A DNA stretch of 53,641 nucleotides from Rozella allomycis CSF55 (GCA_000442015.1 KE561162.1:1-53641); one strand, 5' to 3'. Shown: positions 12,049-25,111, counted from the first letter of the stretch. Numbers and translations: made by a program. Notes: generated by a model from the letters alone, not told the origin.

Positions 12049-14600
12049 ATGCTCATACACAAACCTGAGTGGTTATGCCATACGAACGAAAAAAATAATA
12101 AAGTGCCACTATTTTGTATAGATGTCTGCTCAACTCTAAATAAAATAGCGACAGGTGGTCTTGGTACGTTGTTAAAAAATGAAACATAGATTGTCTAATA
12201 AAAATTTGGAGGTTTAATGCATTAGAAGAGTTAGAAGATGACAGTGAACAAAAATGTTTGGCTACCTTAAATCGCCACCAGGGTAAGAGAAAGTTTCGTG
12301 ACATGTTCAGGAACAGTATTGTGTGTCCGATGGTCACCAAAAGATGGCAGATATTTGGCCTCTTGTAGTGATGACCGCGTGATATTGATATGGAAATACG
12401 AAGGGTATTGAATTAGTTTTATTAATAGAGAAAATCAAATAATATAGGGAATCTTGTTTCTAGTGATTCAGTTGAGTCGTATACAGTTGCAAAGAGAATC
12501 ACTGGCCACGAATCAGGTAGCATATAATAGTCTCCATAAAAGATGTTGTTGATTTGGCGTGGTCTTTTGATGAAAAATATCTTGCCTCTTGTGGATTGGA
12601 TAATCAGATAATTGTATGGAGCACCAGAGATTTTTCAATGGTACAGAAGTTGGAAGGCCACTCAGGATTTGTCAAAGGATTAGCTTGGGATCCTGCGAAT
12701 ACATTTCTTGCATCTCAAGTAACTATCATGTGTGATATAAACCAAGTCTGATGATAAAAGTGTAACTTTGTGGCGCATTGGGGAATGGCGGGCAGAAAAG
12801 AAGATTTCGGAGCCGTTTAAAGATTCCATTGGTGCTTGTTATTTTTTGAGATTGTCTTGGTCACCTGATGGAGCTTTTATAGCATCTACAGATGCCTACA
12901 ACAACGGTGTTTCTGTTTCAGCAATTTTAAGTCGCGATGAGTCATGGAAACCTTCAAATTCACTGGTGGGACACGAAGGAAGTGTAGAGGTTGTTGTAAA
13001 CGTTTTAAAAGCTCTTTTTTTAGAAATTTAGTCCAATTATTTATGGTGTTTCCGAAGGTAGAAAAAGAGGCGAAGAAGATCAGGGAATTAATGTGGCTTG
13101 TTTGCTTGCTGTCGGAAGTCACGATAACTCTATTTCTATATGGATGACTAATCAAGCAAGACCGTTGGCAATATTTAAGAATGTATTTCAAGAGAACATT
13201 CATGACATGTCGTGGTCTAGTGATGGAATGCATTTATTGGCATGTGGATCTGATGGGACTGTCGTTGTTATGCAATTGGAAAAAGATGATATCAAAGCAA
13301 AGCCCTTGTCTAAATCTCAAAGGGAATCGTTAATGAATGAGAGTGGTTTCATGAAAAAAGAAAATAGATTAATTGAAAATGTTGTGCAATTAAAGTTTGA
13401 AAGAGAAAAGTCCAAAATTGAGGGATTGATAGACGTCATAGAAGAAAACGATTCCCAGCCACTGATTACGACCAGGGTTATTCATGATCTTCCTGATCAG
13501 AAAAATGTTCCACGAGAACAAATAATCACGAAAACTAAAGATGGAAAGAGGAGAATAACCCCAATGTTAATTCAAAAGTTGGATAATGAAGGAAACATTA
13601 AACAATCATCGAATGAGCCAGTCTTAAAAGAAAGATCCAAATCAAAGCGCGTAACCCACTGTGAGCCTGTAACCCTAACGAATAAACTATTAGAAATAAA
13701 ACCGCAACCATTTTACGCAATGCAGACTACAATCAACGAAGCTCAATATCAACTGGAGGCCAAAAATCAACAAAGTTATATTCAATTAGTTTTGCGCAAG
13801 GATAAAAAATATTTTTGGAGTGACATTTTACCCGGGCAAGTTTTGTGTGGAGTTTTGAATGAAAATTTTGTGGCTGTGGCTTGTAGCGGTTCAAAGTTAA
13901 TTGTGTATTCTCAAAATGGAAGAAGAATATTTCCTGTTATTTTATTAGCAGATGAAATTGTGTCTTTATATTGTCAAAATCATTTTCTAATCTGTGTATC
14001 AAAAGATGAAAGAGTCAATGTTTGGTAAATGAATCAGTAGCGTTTAATAGGGACGTTAAGAGAATGAAATGTGTTGTTGAAAGTGCCTCAATTACAAGCA
14101 TTTTGAAAACTTCGAATTTATTTTCTCTAGAAATAGAAAATAATTCAAGATTGAAAGCTAAAATGGAAAATAATAAATGTTTCTTCTTTCATCCAGATTT
14201 ACGAGTTTGGTGCCCATTGGAATCCGAAGAATTTAGACTGGCTGATTCAATGCTGTTTGAAGCTATTTATAATCCCTTGGATTATGAGTCTTTTGAAGAC
14301 TCCCTCGAATGGATTAAAGAACTTTCAATGGCGCCACTTTCAATTAGGCGAAAGGCCACAATTTCTCACATTGAAGTAACGTTTTGCAAATTTATATTTT
14401 AGAATCAAATCGCCTCCTCTCAATTATTGGATATTGAAAAGCAAGTTTATTGGTGGAAACTGTACGCGAAAAACGTCGCCGATCAAGGTCTATTTGAAAA
14501 GGCAAAGGAGATTGTTTCTCTAGTAAAAGACACTGAATTCGAAAATCTCATTTTATCAATCCTTTCTCAGAATAGAAAATTTCAAAGCCTATTCCAATAA
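12049..14600 (+). CDS. HIR1: Histone chaperone HIRA/HIR1 (multi-exon)
   Basis: MLIHKPEWLCH start; WD40 motifs HSGFVKGLAWDP, FLRLSWSPDG, SLVGH; B-domain TKDGKRRITP; YSQNGRRIFP. Confidence 0.92.
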
Positions 14601-14631
14601 AATTGTAATTTTAATCAATCGGATTTATTTT

Positions 14632-15925
14632 CTATACTTGTCCTTTTTGATGCTTTGCGATGTATCTTCTAAATGTGTTGGTTAAAATCATATTGTAAAC
14701 CTCTTTTGCGATTTTGTCTAAACCCTCCTTGTCTTGTCTTTGGATAACAGCCTTTTTCACAGCCGATGGCAAATTCAACTCGTATGGTGCATCTGTTACC
14801 ACAAAGTTTTGATAAATGTTATGAACCGTTTTTGCATTGCTCTCTACTCAAAGAACAGAGAAAATGGTTACCGGGGTCCAATTTTAAAAGTCTGCTATAT
14901 TGTTGGCAAAATAAAATATTTTCGACTGAAAAATCTTCAATTGCTAATTGTTTAAGCTCTTGGAAAGAATCAGGATCTTTCAATGCCTGTTCTAGGGCTT
15001 CAACATTGGCTTGCAAATTGGATTTTTTGACAAACATTAAACGAAGAAGAGGGAAAATGCAAGTATAGAAGTTAGTAAAGATATATCCTAGTAAAGAATA
15101 CATACTAGTGCCTGGTCCTCTTAACGGACTGTCACTTGGCGAGTAATTTGCTACCAAATAAAGTACCAGAAAAAACAAGGTCACTATTAAACTTGTCATC
15201 AATTCTTTTTGTATGTGCAAAGAATCATTAATTTTTCTCAAATGAAACAAGACGCACAAAGTGGCAAAGGCTACTGCTAACCTGTGCCCATTCGAGACCC
15301 ATATAGCGTCAAATGGACATTCGCGTAAAAACAGATATTTGTAGGACACGAAAATATTTATACCGCAAAAGACACCTTCGAGAAGAAATATGTAGCAAGC
15401 CCATTTCATAACCGTTCTAGTTGACATTGATGTGGGCATGTAAATAATATCTTTAGGCGCCATTGATTTTTCATCGACAGATACTCCTGATTTGCTTATG
15501 CTTGACGGTGCATCAAGAACCTTCTTACTGGAGGCGAATATGGAGCTTTTCCCACTTTTTCTCCTCTCCTTTTTAGCGTATATGAATATTGCCACTTTTT
15601 CAATAAAATTTAGCGATGCAACTTCAAACTGAGAGCTTAAATTCATTCTTGCACGCTGGACGGTATTCTGGCAAACCAAATACAATGCTCTCAACAACAA
15701 GCTGTACAATCCAAAGACGATGAACATGTTGTTAATAATTATACGCCCTAGACATGTATAGGATACTAGATCATCGAATTCTTGAAAAGTAAATATTGTA
15801 TTTAATGATGCCACAAACGTAACCGCTGCGTATAAAATCAAGAGTGGCAACATGCGACTTTGAATAGCAACATGATTTCGCAGTCGTATTGAAAAAGCTA
15901 CAGGTAGAAAGTAGAATATGATAAG
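14632..15925 (-). CDS. Multi-pass membrane protein with C-terminal RGS domain (7TM-RGS type), 5' end cut at an N
   Basis: About 6 hydrophobic segments, then RGS motifs EDFSVENILF, IYQNFV..APYELNLP, EVYNMILTNTFRRY (last exon after an intron near 14845-14870). Confidence 0.8.
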
Positions 15926-15926
15926 N

Positions 15927-16211
15927 AAAAAGAAATTTGCGTAGGAGACATCATTAGTAAGAAAAGAACTGTTTAAAAGCATTTTCAATCCAGCAATGTC
16001 TTCTTTAGCCAATGTCACCTTTGCCTTATTCACTAAGACATGATAATCAGTGTTAAGGGTATATAATGCGGAATATTGGCTTGCTTTTTGATCATTGTCA
16101 AAGTTCTCCATCTGTCTTCGATTAATATATTCCAATAATTCAACATCAAAGGTAACTTCTTTGCCCAACTTCATGAAGTCTTGAGCATTCAGTTGAACTA
16201 TGAAACCACGC
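15927..16211 (-). other. N-bounded coding fragment of an unidentified gene
   Basis: Open frame between Ns at 15926 and 16212, unrelated to the flanking genes. Confidence 0.4.
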
Positions 16212-16212
16212 N

Positions 16213-17282
16213 TGAAATTCTTTTGGACGGTACTCTTTGTGTGTATTAATTTTTTACAAAACGCCAAAGCGACAGCAATGACATATAAGCTTTCTCCATA
16301 TGAAAATGCGTGCTTTTACGAAAATATCAAGACAGCGAATAAGAGATTCTTTTTCTACTATGCAGTAACAAATTAAGAGTTGCGATAAAAAGGTTGAGAC
16401 GGGTGGAGATAATTTCCAAATAGACACCTTGATTAGAGATCCTTCGAACGTTGTTATCCATGACAAGAAGATGGAGCAACAAGGTAAAGTGTTGAATGTA
16501 AAGTAAGTAGGTGATTATAGTTATACGGCTGTCCAACCTGGTGAATATACANAACGCAAGTAAAGCATGATTTGGTAATGAAGATTTATCATATGTGATG
16601 GTCTTATCCAAATCAAGATCTATCGTAGCAACATTAAAATATGGTGCCCTGAATAAATCTAGAGCAACAATAGCATGAAGTAATTCTTCATCCGCATATA
16701 ATTTTTCCATATTTTTAACGACAAATTCTTCAGAAACTTTAACCCCACGTGGCTTGTTTTCATTCAAAAATCTAATAAAGCCAATATGCTTCTTAAGGAA
16801 TGCGTATTCGTAGAGAATTGTCAAGTGCATGTGATCCAAATCTTTAATTTTCTTTTCATAAGGACTAAGCAAATCATAGAAATTCTCTTTTTTGAGTCCA
16901 TCAAATATTGGGTGTTTGTTCAGTAAAATTTCCTCTATCAGCAAATGCAACNCTGATGACATGGCAGCCAATAATAGCAAAGGTGATGATGTTATATCAG
17001 TAAATATATTTAATAGTGGGGATAGCCATTGGAAAAGAGTATAAAAAAGTTGGGCAAGGATTTGAATACCATGCTTCATATGCATAAATATTTCAAGGCT
17101 AGGGAACACAGGTAGATGATTGTAATGTTTTGTTAACTAGAAATCATCAGACTGTAATGTCTACTGAATCTCGAGTGTATTGGTTTGCAATGATGGAGAG
17201 TATTTTTATTATTGTGATGGCTGTTATTCAAGTGTATTTGATTAAAACATTTTTTGCTACCAACGCAAAGGGCAAAGTATAA
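16213..17282 (+). CDS. p24/emp24 GOLD-domain cargo receptor, split by an N-bounded insert (16553-16951)
   Basis: Signal peptide, LSPYENACFY, QPGEY; second part REHRNHQTVMSTESRVYWF, TM helix, IKTFF...KGKV*. Not in the ORF track. Confidence 0.85.
16553..16951 (-). other. N-bounded coding fragment lying inside the p24 gene (probably a misplaced contig)
   Basis: Open minus-strand frame exactly between Ns at 16552 and 16952. Confidence 0.45.
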
Positions 17283-17299
17283 TAAAGATTTAAATGATT

Positions 17300-18749
17300 T
17301 TATTTGTGTGATTGTTTAGAGAATGAAATTTCTTCTTTTGAATNCGCTTTGGAAGAACTAGAAGATTCATGTTGATTTGAGGAGCTGCCATCTTCGATAT
17401 ATTTAGGAGATTGATCTTTCNAAGCTTTAACAGGATCTTCACTAATATATGGCATTATACCAAATTCAATGGCATTTTTAAATAACCAGTCCTTGTGAAG
17501 CGGGTTACGTTTAATGACTTCAATGGGAAGATTCAATATCAACCTTTGCAACACGTATTCAGCCAATTCTTTATTACCAACTTGAAGAGAATGTTCCAAA
17601 ATCCCATAAGCGTCAGTAATGTAGTTAATAAGCCCCTTTTCAATGAAATGCTCAATCATTATCTTTCTGTGCTGATTGTAACACTTAAACTGCATTATCA
17701 TAGGGACAGCAAAATATTCCTTTGCCTGTCTATTTTGACCAGTAAAACCACTCCAAACATCAGTTCCATAAACTTGCTTCTTTGTCAAAGCTTTGGAAGA
17801 AGATTCATGTTTATTTGAGGAGCTGCCATCTTCGATATATTTAGGAGATTGATCTGTCTTGANATTCAATCATTAACTTTTTGTGCTGATTGTAACACTT
17901 AAACTGCATTATCATCGTTACAGCAAAATATTCTTTCTTTGTATGTCTATTTTGACCTGTAAAACCACTCCAAACATCATTGCCATAAACTTGCTTCTTG
18001 GTTAACGCTTTGGAAGAAGATTCACGTTGATTTGAGGAGCTGCCATCTTCGATATATTTAGGAGATTGATCTGTCTTGATCATTCTTTCCCCAGCGTATA
18101 AAAATGCCAATTTAGCTATTAATTCATCAGTTTCGTACATATACATTAAAAGACGCTGAAAATTATTGTCGACAATTCTATGAGCTAACTCTTTTTTGTC
18201 AATATAACCAGAATAATTACCAATGAGCTTTCTACACACTTTGGTATTAAGATCGGTCTCGAGAAATTCGTGTCTCCATTCCGATTAGGGTTTGCTTTAA
18301 GAGGAGCTCTTGACATTGCCAGATTACAGACATTCCAAATATCAACACCAACAATATATGCGTAATTGTAATACTCGTTAAAATCTAGTACATCGTCACT
18401 TTCAGTAGATACTTCTACTGCTTTACTCACTTCTATCACATTTCCTTCCTCATCTTCAGGATACATGCCTGCGTTAATAGTAAATTTTACTTGAGATAAC
18501 ATGATTTACGTCACTGAAACGTTCAACTGCTTTAAATACACTTAGAACGGCGTTTGGTCTTTTGTTTGATATGACCTCATTCACTAGAGCACGTCTTTTC
18601 AATAAAGTTCTCAAGTAAAACTCCTTAGTTCTACAAAGAGAGTCAGATTCAACACTTCTCATGAAATACTCCCTATCAAAGTCATCTCCCGCAATATTAG
18701 CAACGAAAAGAAATATAAAGGCAAAAAACAGACACCTTTTTGTTTTCAT
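17300..18749 (-). CDS. Fragmented lineage-specific secreted protein
   Basis: Signal peptide MKTKRCLFFAFIFLFVANIAG; possible 22-nt intron near 18471-18492; unresolved frame change near 18240-18300; 3' part repeated across Ns 17344, 17421 and 17863. Confidence 0.45.
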
Positions 18750-18922
18750 TGGAGCCAGGGTTCCAAACGAAAAATTGCAAAATTTAAAAATAGATTTGGG
18801 AAATTCTGGAAACTAAAATTATGGATTTCTTGGAAACGACAAGAGTGCTAAGTGCTACCTTAAATTTATTCAGACTTGAGAGCCACCTCTATCTCAAACC
18901 CAACCGGTTGATTCCAAAACAA

Positions 18923-18950
18923 TTAGGGTTAAGGTTTTATGAAGGGTTTA
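18923..18950 (+). repeat. Degenerate telomere-like repeats
   Basis: ttagggttaaggttttatgaagggttta. Confidence 0.3.
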
Positions 18951-18987
18951 AAATTGAATCTATTTTTATTCGCTAAATAAAAAATAA

Positions 18988-19272
18988 GACGCCAGCGTAG
19001 CTTAGTGGTATCGGCTGCGGATATGGGCATGTACATATCAAGACGTCCTGGGTTCGAATCCCAGTCGGTGCATACCTTTCCAGCGCTGCTGGTTTTAACG
19101 GTGTATCGGTAAAAACATTGCCGTCGGCCAACGCTGCTTGGAAGATCCTGGCATTCCTTTGGGGTGTTATTAAATCAGGTGAACTGAGTTAAGGGATGGT
19201 AAGGGTTAAATCGTACCAAACCCATCCCCATTCGGAACCCGACGTTAAGCTCAACTTGCAAAAAAAAAAAAA
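18988..19272 (+). mobile_element. tRNA-derived SINE-like retroposon (~285 bp)
   Basis: Pol III A box TAGCTTAGTGG (18998-19008), B box GGTTCGAATCC (19051-19061), unrelated body, A13 tail (19260-19272), identical flanking TAAATAAAAAATAA at 18974-18987 and 19273-19286. Confidence 0.8.
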
Positions 19273-19320
19273 TAAATAAAAAATAATGTACAATGTTAAA
19301 AACCAATATTTGTTAATTGT

Positions 19321-20195
19321 TTATTCATTCAAAAGTAATACAAATCGCAAATGGTTATTTCCACGGACTTCTCTGAACCGTTTCAGGCTTCGAAGTATAT
19401 TCAGTACAGATCTTCCCATGCTATCCAGTTTGAAAACTTTCAAGTCCCATGTTTGGATATCCTTTTCAGTAAAATAAAATGTATTTCTTAAATTGTCGAG
19501 CTCCGCATCTTTATGATCCTATGTCTAAATGCATAATAATGGTTACCCAATATTTTTGCCTTTGAAGAGCATTCATTTTGCCAACAGGAGTAGTAAGTAT
19601 CTTTTGCTTGTCGTGAATTAAGCTGTTCAAATCTTGGATGTATTCGTTCAATTTTTCGCGCGTCATTTTTCCTTTAATCATATACCTGTTTATAAATAGG
19701 CATTTTGAATACTTTGGTATAGAATCGAACTCCTTAATGTTTACGTATGGAACATTGATCGACATTGGCTTTGAAGAAGTCACCTTTCTTGGTATATTTT
19801 TGCCTTTCTCAGCGACTGCATCTTTTGGCAGCGTGTGTTGCTTCAGTTCATTTCCTATATGTTTTGGAATATTCTCCAAAACGTACTCCATTCTTTCCTG
19901 CTGACGAACCATCTTAGCTTTCAAATTCTTTGTCATATATCGGTAATTTTATACTTTAATCATTTCTTTGTACCTAAATTCTTCATCAAATTGTTCCTTC
20001 AATTTCATTGAAGCGATCTGAATTTCTTCATATCGTTGGATTTGATTTTGAAACATGGTTTTCTGGTGGTCATCTAAATTGCCTTGGTGTACTAATTTGA
20101 ATAGAGAGATATTTAATACGTTTCAGTATTTCGTACAGAGCAGATAACTGGCAAGTTTCGATACGCTTATCCAATCGTTCCAAAATTTCATTCAT
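19321..20195 (-). CDS. SKA1: Spindle and kinetochore-associated protein 1 (multi-exon)
   Basis: EFDSIPKYM.KGKMTREKLN, FYFTEKDI and GRSVLNILRSLKRFREVR match the SKA1 microtubule-binding domain. Confidence 0.82.
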
Positions 20196-20324
20196 AAATT
20201 TCACAAATTGTTGAAACCATTTGGACAAATATTGCCATAAACGCAGTATGAAATCACTTCATTATACTTTTTGTCGTTGCCAAGCTCGGCTTAAAAATCA
20301 AATTTGAATTCTACCCTCACGCCT

Positions 20325-20658
20325 ATGATATCTGAAGCGTTTAAATTTTCAAAACTATATTACGATGAAAATTTAGAAAAACAATATGATAATATGGCGA
20401 ATCCTTGCTTTATTGAAATGAAAGAATCAAAAAAGGCCATATCAAAATGGACCAATCATCAGCAACATCTAGTCAAAAAGTCAGATACTCTTGAAGGAAT
20501 CGCATTGAAGTATAATACAACCGTAAATTATATGTCTTTTTTAAATTTAGGTCACTGAATTGAAGAAACTAAATAATCTAGGATCAGTCTCATCTCTTGG
20601 CCTTTATGAAATCGTGATTGTACCTAGAAATACTAAAAATATTAATTATGCAGATTGA
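20325..20658 (+). CDS. Small LysM-domain protein, no signal peptide
   Basis: HLVKKSDTLEGIALKYNTT|VTELKKLNNL...IVIVP across intron 20523-20550. Confidence 0.8.
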
Positions 20659-20685
20659 ATCAGTATTCGCTTACATAAAATTTAT

Positions 20686-21554
20686 TCAAATTGATGACTT
20701 TTTATTTATGAAAGCCCAAAAATCAGAGTAAAATGGATTAGATATTGCATCTGAAGTGTTGACTTCTATGTCGCAATCTGGATTACATTTAGGCAAGCAC
20801 TCCAACAAATTCGAACTAATCTTCCTTCGAACATCTGTTTGATATTGAATTTTGATTTCTTCCCTTAAAGCATCTACCTTTTCCTTTAAGCACGTATTTT
20901 CATCTATCAGAATTGCCAGTTGTTTCTTTTTAATCTTTAATTCCTTCTCATTTATCATTTTTCTCTTGTACACCTTTCCCAAATCTCTTGTAACGAAATC
21001 ATTGTATTTCTAAAATAACACTCCTGACGAATTACTTGATTAATACTATCCAGAAACTCCTTGATCGATCGTTCTTCATGCCCGTATAAATCTTGAGATT
21101 CTTTAGCATATTTTTGTATCATAGTTGCCGCAAATCGTTCATTCGCTAAACGTTCCTTAATCGCCTGTTCTTTTAGGGTATCTATCTGGGCTTTTAAGAC
21201 GTCAGGATGTTTCATTGACACTTTTGTAGATATTTTACCTCAAAGTTGCTTAAATCAAATAATTGGGTTTTCAATTGTTCATGACATTGCACTCTGGATT
21301 GTATAATTGACTCCATGTCTTTCTCATTTAAGCTGTAAAAGTGTACTTTTTTCTTCTTGTTGAATTTCGTTTTCGTAAGCCTCTATTCTATCGCTTAATT
21401 GTTTTTTTGCATTCGATGCGCTTGATGATACGGTATCACTTAAAAGTATCATTTTGTTCAAGTCTTTCAATGTAGTTTCAATTGTTTCATTCAAATTATA
21501 TAAATAATATGTTTTTACTATAGACACGTTCATTTTCTGTTTCTCTTTCTCCAA
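20686..21554 (-). CDS. Coiled-coil protein of unknown function (exon structure and start uncertain)
   Basis: Three consecutive heptad-rich minus-strand ORFs. Confidence 0.5.
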
Positions 21555-21629
21555 TTCCGCATTCTTAGATTTTCTATCATTAATGCCGTCGTTTGAGTTT
21601 ACAGTTCAGCCAAGCGGATCTTCAATTCA

Positions 21630-24154
21630 TCGATTTGGGCAACTTTCTGTGATATTCTGTTTATTTTAGTTGCATAAATTTACATGAGATTCAGAGTTAA
21701 ACAAAGTTGCTGATCATTCGATAGATTACTCTTTGGTTGTGCCTTTGGAATATTTCTACGAAATCTTGGGCCTGCATGAACTAAAATCTCAGAGGAAGAA
21801 GATGTGTTGCAAGATGATAAAGATTTTTCCATGACAACATTAAATTGTAAAATATTAATCTATCGTTTTATTTGCGTTTTGAATAATGTTGTTGAGATCA
21901 ATCCGAGCATCAGCCAAATCTACATCTTTCATTTTCTCAAAATATGATTCAAGAACTTTGGATGTTTCATCATTGAGACACAGAATTCCTTGGTACAGAA
22001 ACCTTATAAACCGTGTAGCGTATTCTTCAGGATTGACTGATGATATTAAATGCTTTTATAGAGTAGAAATTTGTATTACTTTATCATATTTAACAGACTT
22101 AAATAAATGCTCTGCTTTCTTGATGAAGCTATAAGGAGTTAACGTGTCTNCCCTTGGTACAGAAACCTTATAAACCGTGTAGCGTATTCTTTAGGATTGA
22201 CTGATGATATTAAATGCTTTTATAAAGTGGAAATGTGGATTACTTTATCATATTTAACAGATTTAAACAAATGCTCTGCTTTCTTGATGAAGCTATAAGG
22301 AGTTAACGTGTCTATGATTCCAAAGTAATATATTTGGCCCGCCCCATCGCCGGCAATGTCAGCGAGCCAACCTCCTTCATCCCTGTAAAATATACTACAT
22401 TTCCTATGAATGAGACAATCCATTATTACTCTGATTTTGAAGGCATTTCATGAGGCAGAAAATTTGAAGAAGGAACTGGATCTGATTCAACGATGGCTTT
22501 TCTCATCAATGAAGCTTTTCTTTTGGAAGAAGTTGGAGTAGAAGATGTTGATTCCATTCTACTAGGCTGATTTAATATAATTAAAAAAATGTACATCAAA
22601 AACTGAAAGAGATTGGTCTCTAATGTGTTCTGAATTACCTCTGGAATTATAATGTATTCCTACAAGAAAGCTGTAATCCATGATGTTCTGACTAGATAAA
22701 AACTAATTGTAAAGATTAAGCAGATTTACTTTACAATCCTTGTGGATTTGATCAATTAATATTTTTCGTTTTGAGGTATTTATTTCAAGTATCATTTTCT
22801 TTTCCAGCCAATTCAGATCTTTCCGAACAGATCTCGGATTGCCTTCAATGGACTCTTTAGACACCATTCGTCCAACAGTCGATCCCTTTAAATCATAAAT
22901 TTCGTGGATGTCTTTGTGTGGAGGGAAAATATTTCCCATAACCACAAAATGTATTTTTCTGCTATGAGGTAATTTTACTCTGTACAACCCGTAGAATCGG
23001 GATATCAAAGTGTCAGGGTTTTGTTTAATATGCTTTCATTCAACTTTATTAAATTTATTACATTATAATAATTCCGTAATATCTTTCTCATGAATCTGTG
23101 CTCTTCATGATGAATTGTTTTTATAATGAACCTGTAATCTCTAGAATAATAAAAGAAACTCCCAGATTTCCCAGAAGAACCCATTTCAGATAAAACATAC
23201 TTTCCTGTCAACGATATCTTTCTCAAATAGAATACAAAATCTTACAAGGTATTCAGCGGCATCAATTTTAAATTCCTTCCTGATATGCCTAAATACCCAT
23301 GGGGCATAATCTTTAAATTTGAAATCATATTTAGATGAAGGCGTCAACTCATTTCCAGTTCTATTTTCAAATACTAAATGCCTTACATGTCAAATGCAAG
23401 TTTGTGTGCAGCTTTAAAGTCATCGTTCGTTACATCTCTTAGTGGTTTCGCTTCACATCTGGAAACCTTTTAACAGCAAAGATGAAAAATTACTGCACAT
23501 CTAATACCAGTCAACATATCATACATTAAAACATANTTAAAGTCATCATTCGTTACGTCTCTTAGTGGTTTCGCTTCACATCTGGAAACCTTTAACAGCA
23601 AAGATTTAAAATTACTGCACATCTAATACCAGTCAACATATCATACATTAAAACATAATTTCTGTGATCTTCGCCAATTTTAGTACCAAATTGCACAACA
23701 TCGCTGTCGCTATCAGATTTATCCTTCTTCTTCTTTAATGATCTTCTTTTCTTTCCTTCAATAACACTGCCTTCTCTAGGAGGAGAATTCGGTTCAGGAC
23801 TGGGTGTAGACACGGTATTTCTTCGTCTTATATAATTTTCAGCATCAGTTTTATGAGATTCAGCTTCTAATGGCGTGACATTAATTAAGGGCGACGTGAT
23901 ATTATTCATATGTCGGATTTGTGTTTGAGATCCAACTATCAATACTCCAGTTCGCGCACTATCAGCTAAATGTGTTCCAGCAAAACTATTTGGTCTTCTT
24001 TTCAATAACTGGCTGGAAGTGGCGATTCTAAGTTGTGGGACTTTATCATCCTCTATTTTTTCCTCTATCGTTTCACGATTGCTATAAATATAAATAGATT
24101 TTATTACTTTGATTGGTTTGATTCTGCATCCTCTTCAGGGCTTTCGCTTTGCAT
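21630..24154 (-). CDS. MSS4: Phosphatidylinositol-4-phosphate 5-kinase (multi-exon)
   Basis: [70 protein letters not shown]-flanked duplicates at 22150 and 23536. Confidence 0.93.
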
Positions 24155-24200
24155 TAAAGCAATTTTGTAACTTTCGAAACCGAAATTTCGCTAATGGAAA

Positions 24201-25111
24201 ATGCAAAACAAGAAAGACCTCAATGAACTTTTTCAACCTCTTTTGTTTGTTGGATGTGGATCCCTTTTGACAATATGCAGTTATATTTTGTATCAAAGAG
24301 GATTTAGAAAATATTCATCGCCAGATCTCATTCCTAGATTCATGTATGGAAAATATCTATTCGGACACATTGTAGAAGCTTGTGATTCTGATAATGTTCG
24401 GTTCAAGCATATACCTCTTTTTCGTATACTGGGAAACAAAAATGTCGAATATCAAAGTACTTGTCTAAAACATTGACAATAGATAAGAAATTAATGTACA
24501 AAAATACTATGAATATCAGACTAGCGGGTATTGACGCTCCCGAAGTATAAAATTCATCACTTTGTCAACAGATGAGTCATTTTGGAAAGACTGCTCAACC
24601 TTTTAGCAAAGAAGCAATGGAGTTTTTAAATAAATTAACTAAAGATAGATATGCCATTATTAAACCTCTTAGGTTAGATCGTTATTCTAGGCTAGTGGCA
24701 ATGGTGTATGTACGGAAAGGGTTAATAATAAAGAATGTGTCCTTGGACATGATACGAGCGGGATATGCCACAATATATTCAGGAATTGATGCTGAGTATG
24801 ATGGGAAATTAAACAAATTTAAAAAATGTGAAGCAAAGGCCAGGTATGTACTTGATCCAAACCTGTCCTAGGAAGCGACACCGCGGTATGTGGATTCAAT
24901 TAAAAAAGGGTAAATATCAAAGCCCGGCGGAATANCTCTGGGATTGATGCTGAGTATGACGGGAAATTAAGCAAATTTAAAAATTGTGAAGCAAAGGCCA
25001 GGTATGTTCTTGATCTCAACCTGTCCTAGGAAGCGACATCGTGGTATGTGGATTCAATTAAAAAAGGGTAAATATCAAAGCCCAGCGGAATATAAACGAA
25101 ACAATAAATGA
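24201..25111 (+). CDS. LCL3: SNase-like endonuclease LCL3 with N-terminal TM segment
   Basis: DSDNVRFKH, IRLAGIDAPE, HFGKTAQPFS, DRYSRLVA, RGMW. 3' end duplicated across N 24935. Confidence 0.85.

Noticed and set aside
14819-16267. 482 aa ORF as a single protein
   Set aside because: It reads through two Ns joining unrelated fragments and into an intron.
17300-18080. Tandem protein repeat DQSPKYIEDGSSSN (three copies)
   Set aside because: The copies are separated by Ns; probably redundant haplotype contigs.
18991-19072. Functional tRNA gene
   Set aside because: A and B boxes are present, but the acceptor stem is poor, there is no canonical anticodon arm, and it continues into a body, poly(A) tail and TSD. 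SINE head fits better.
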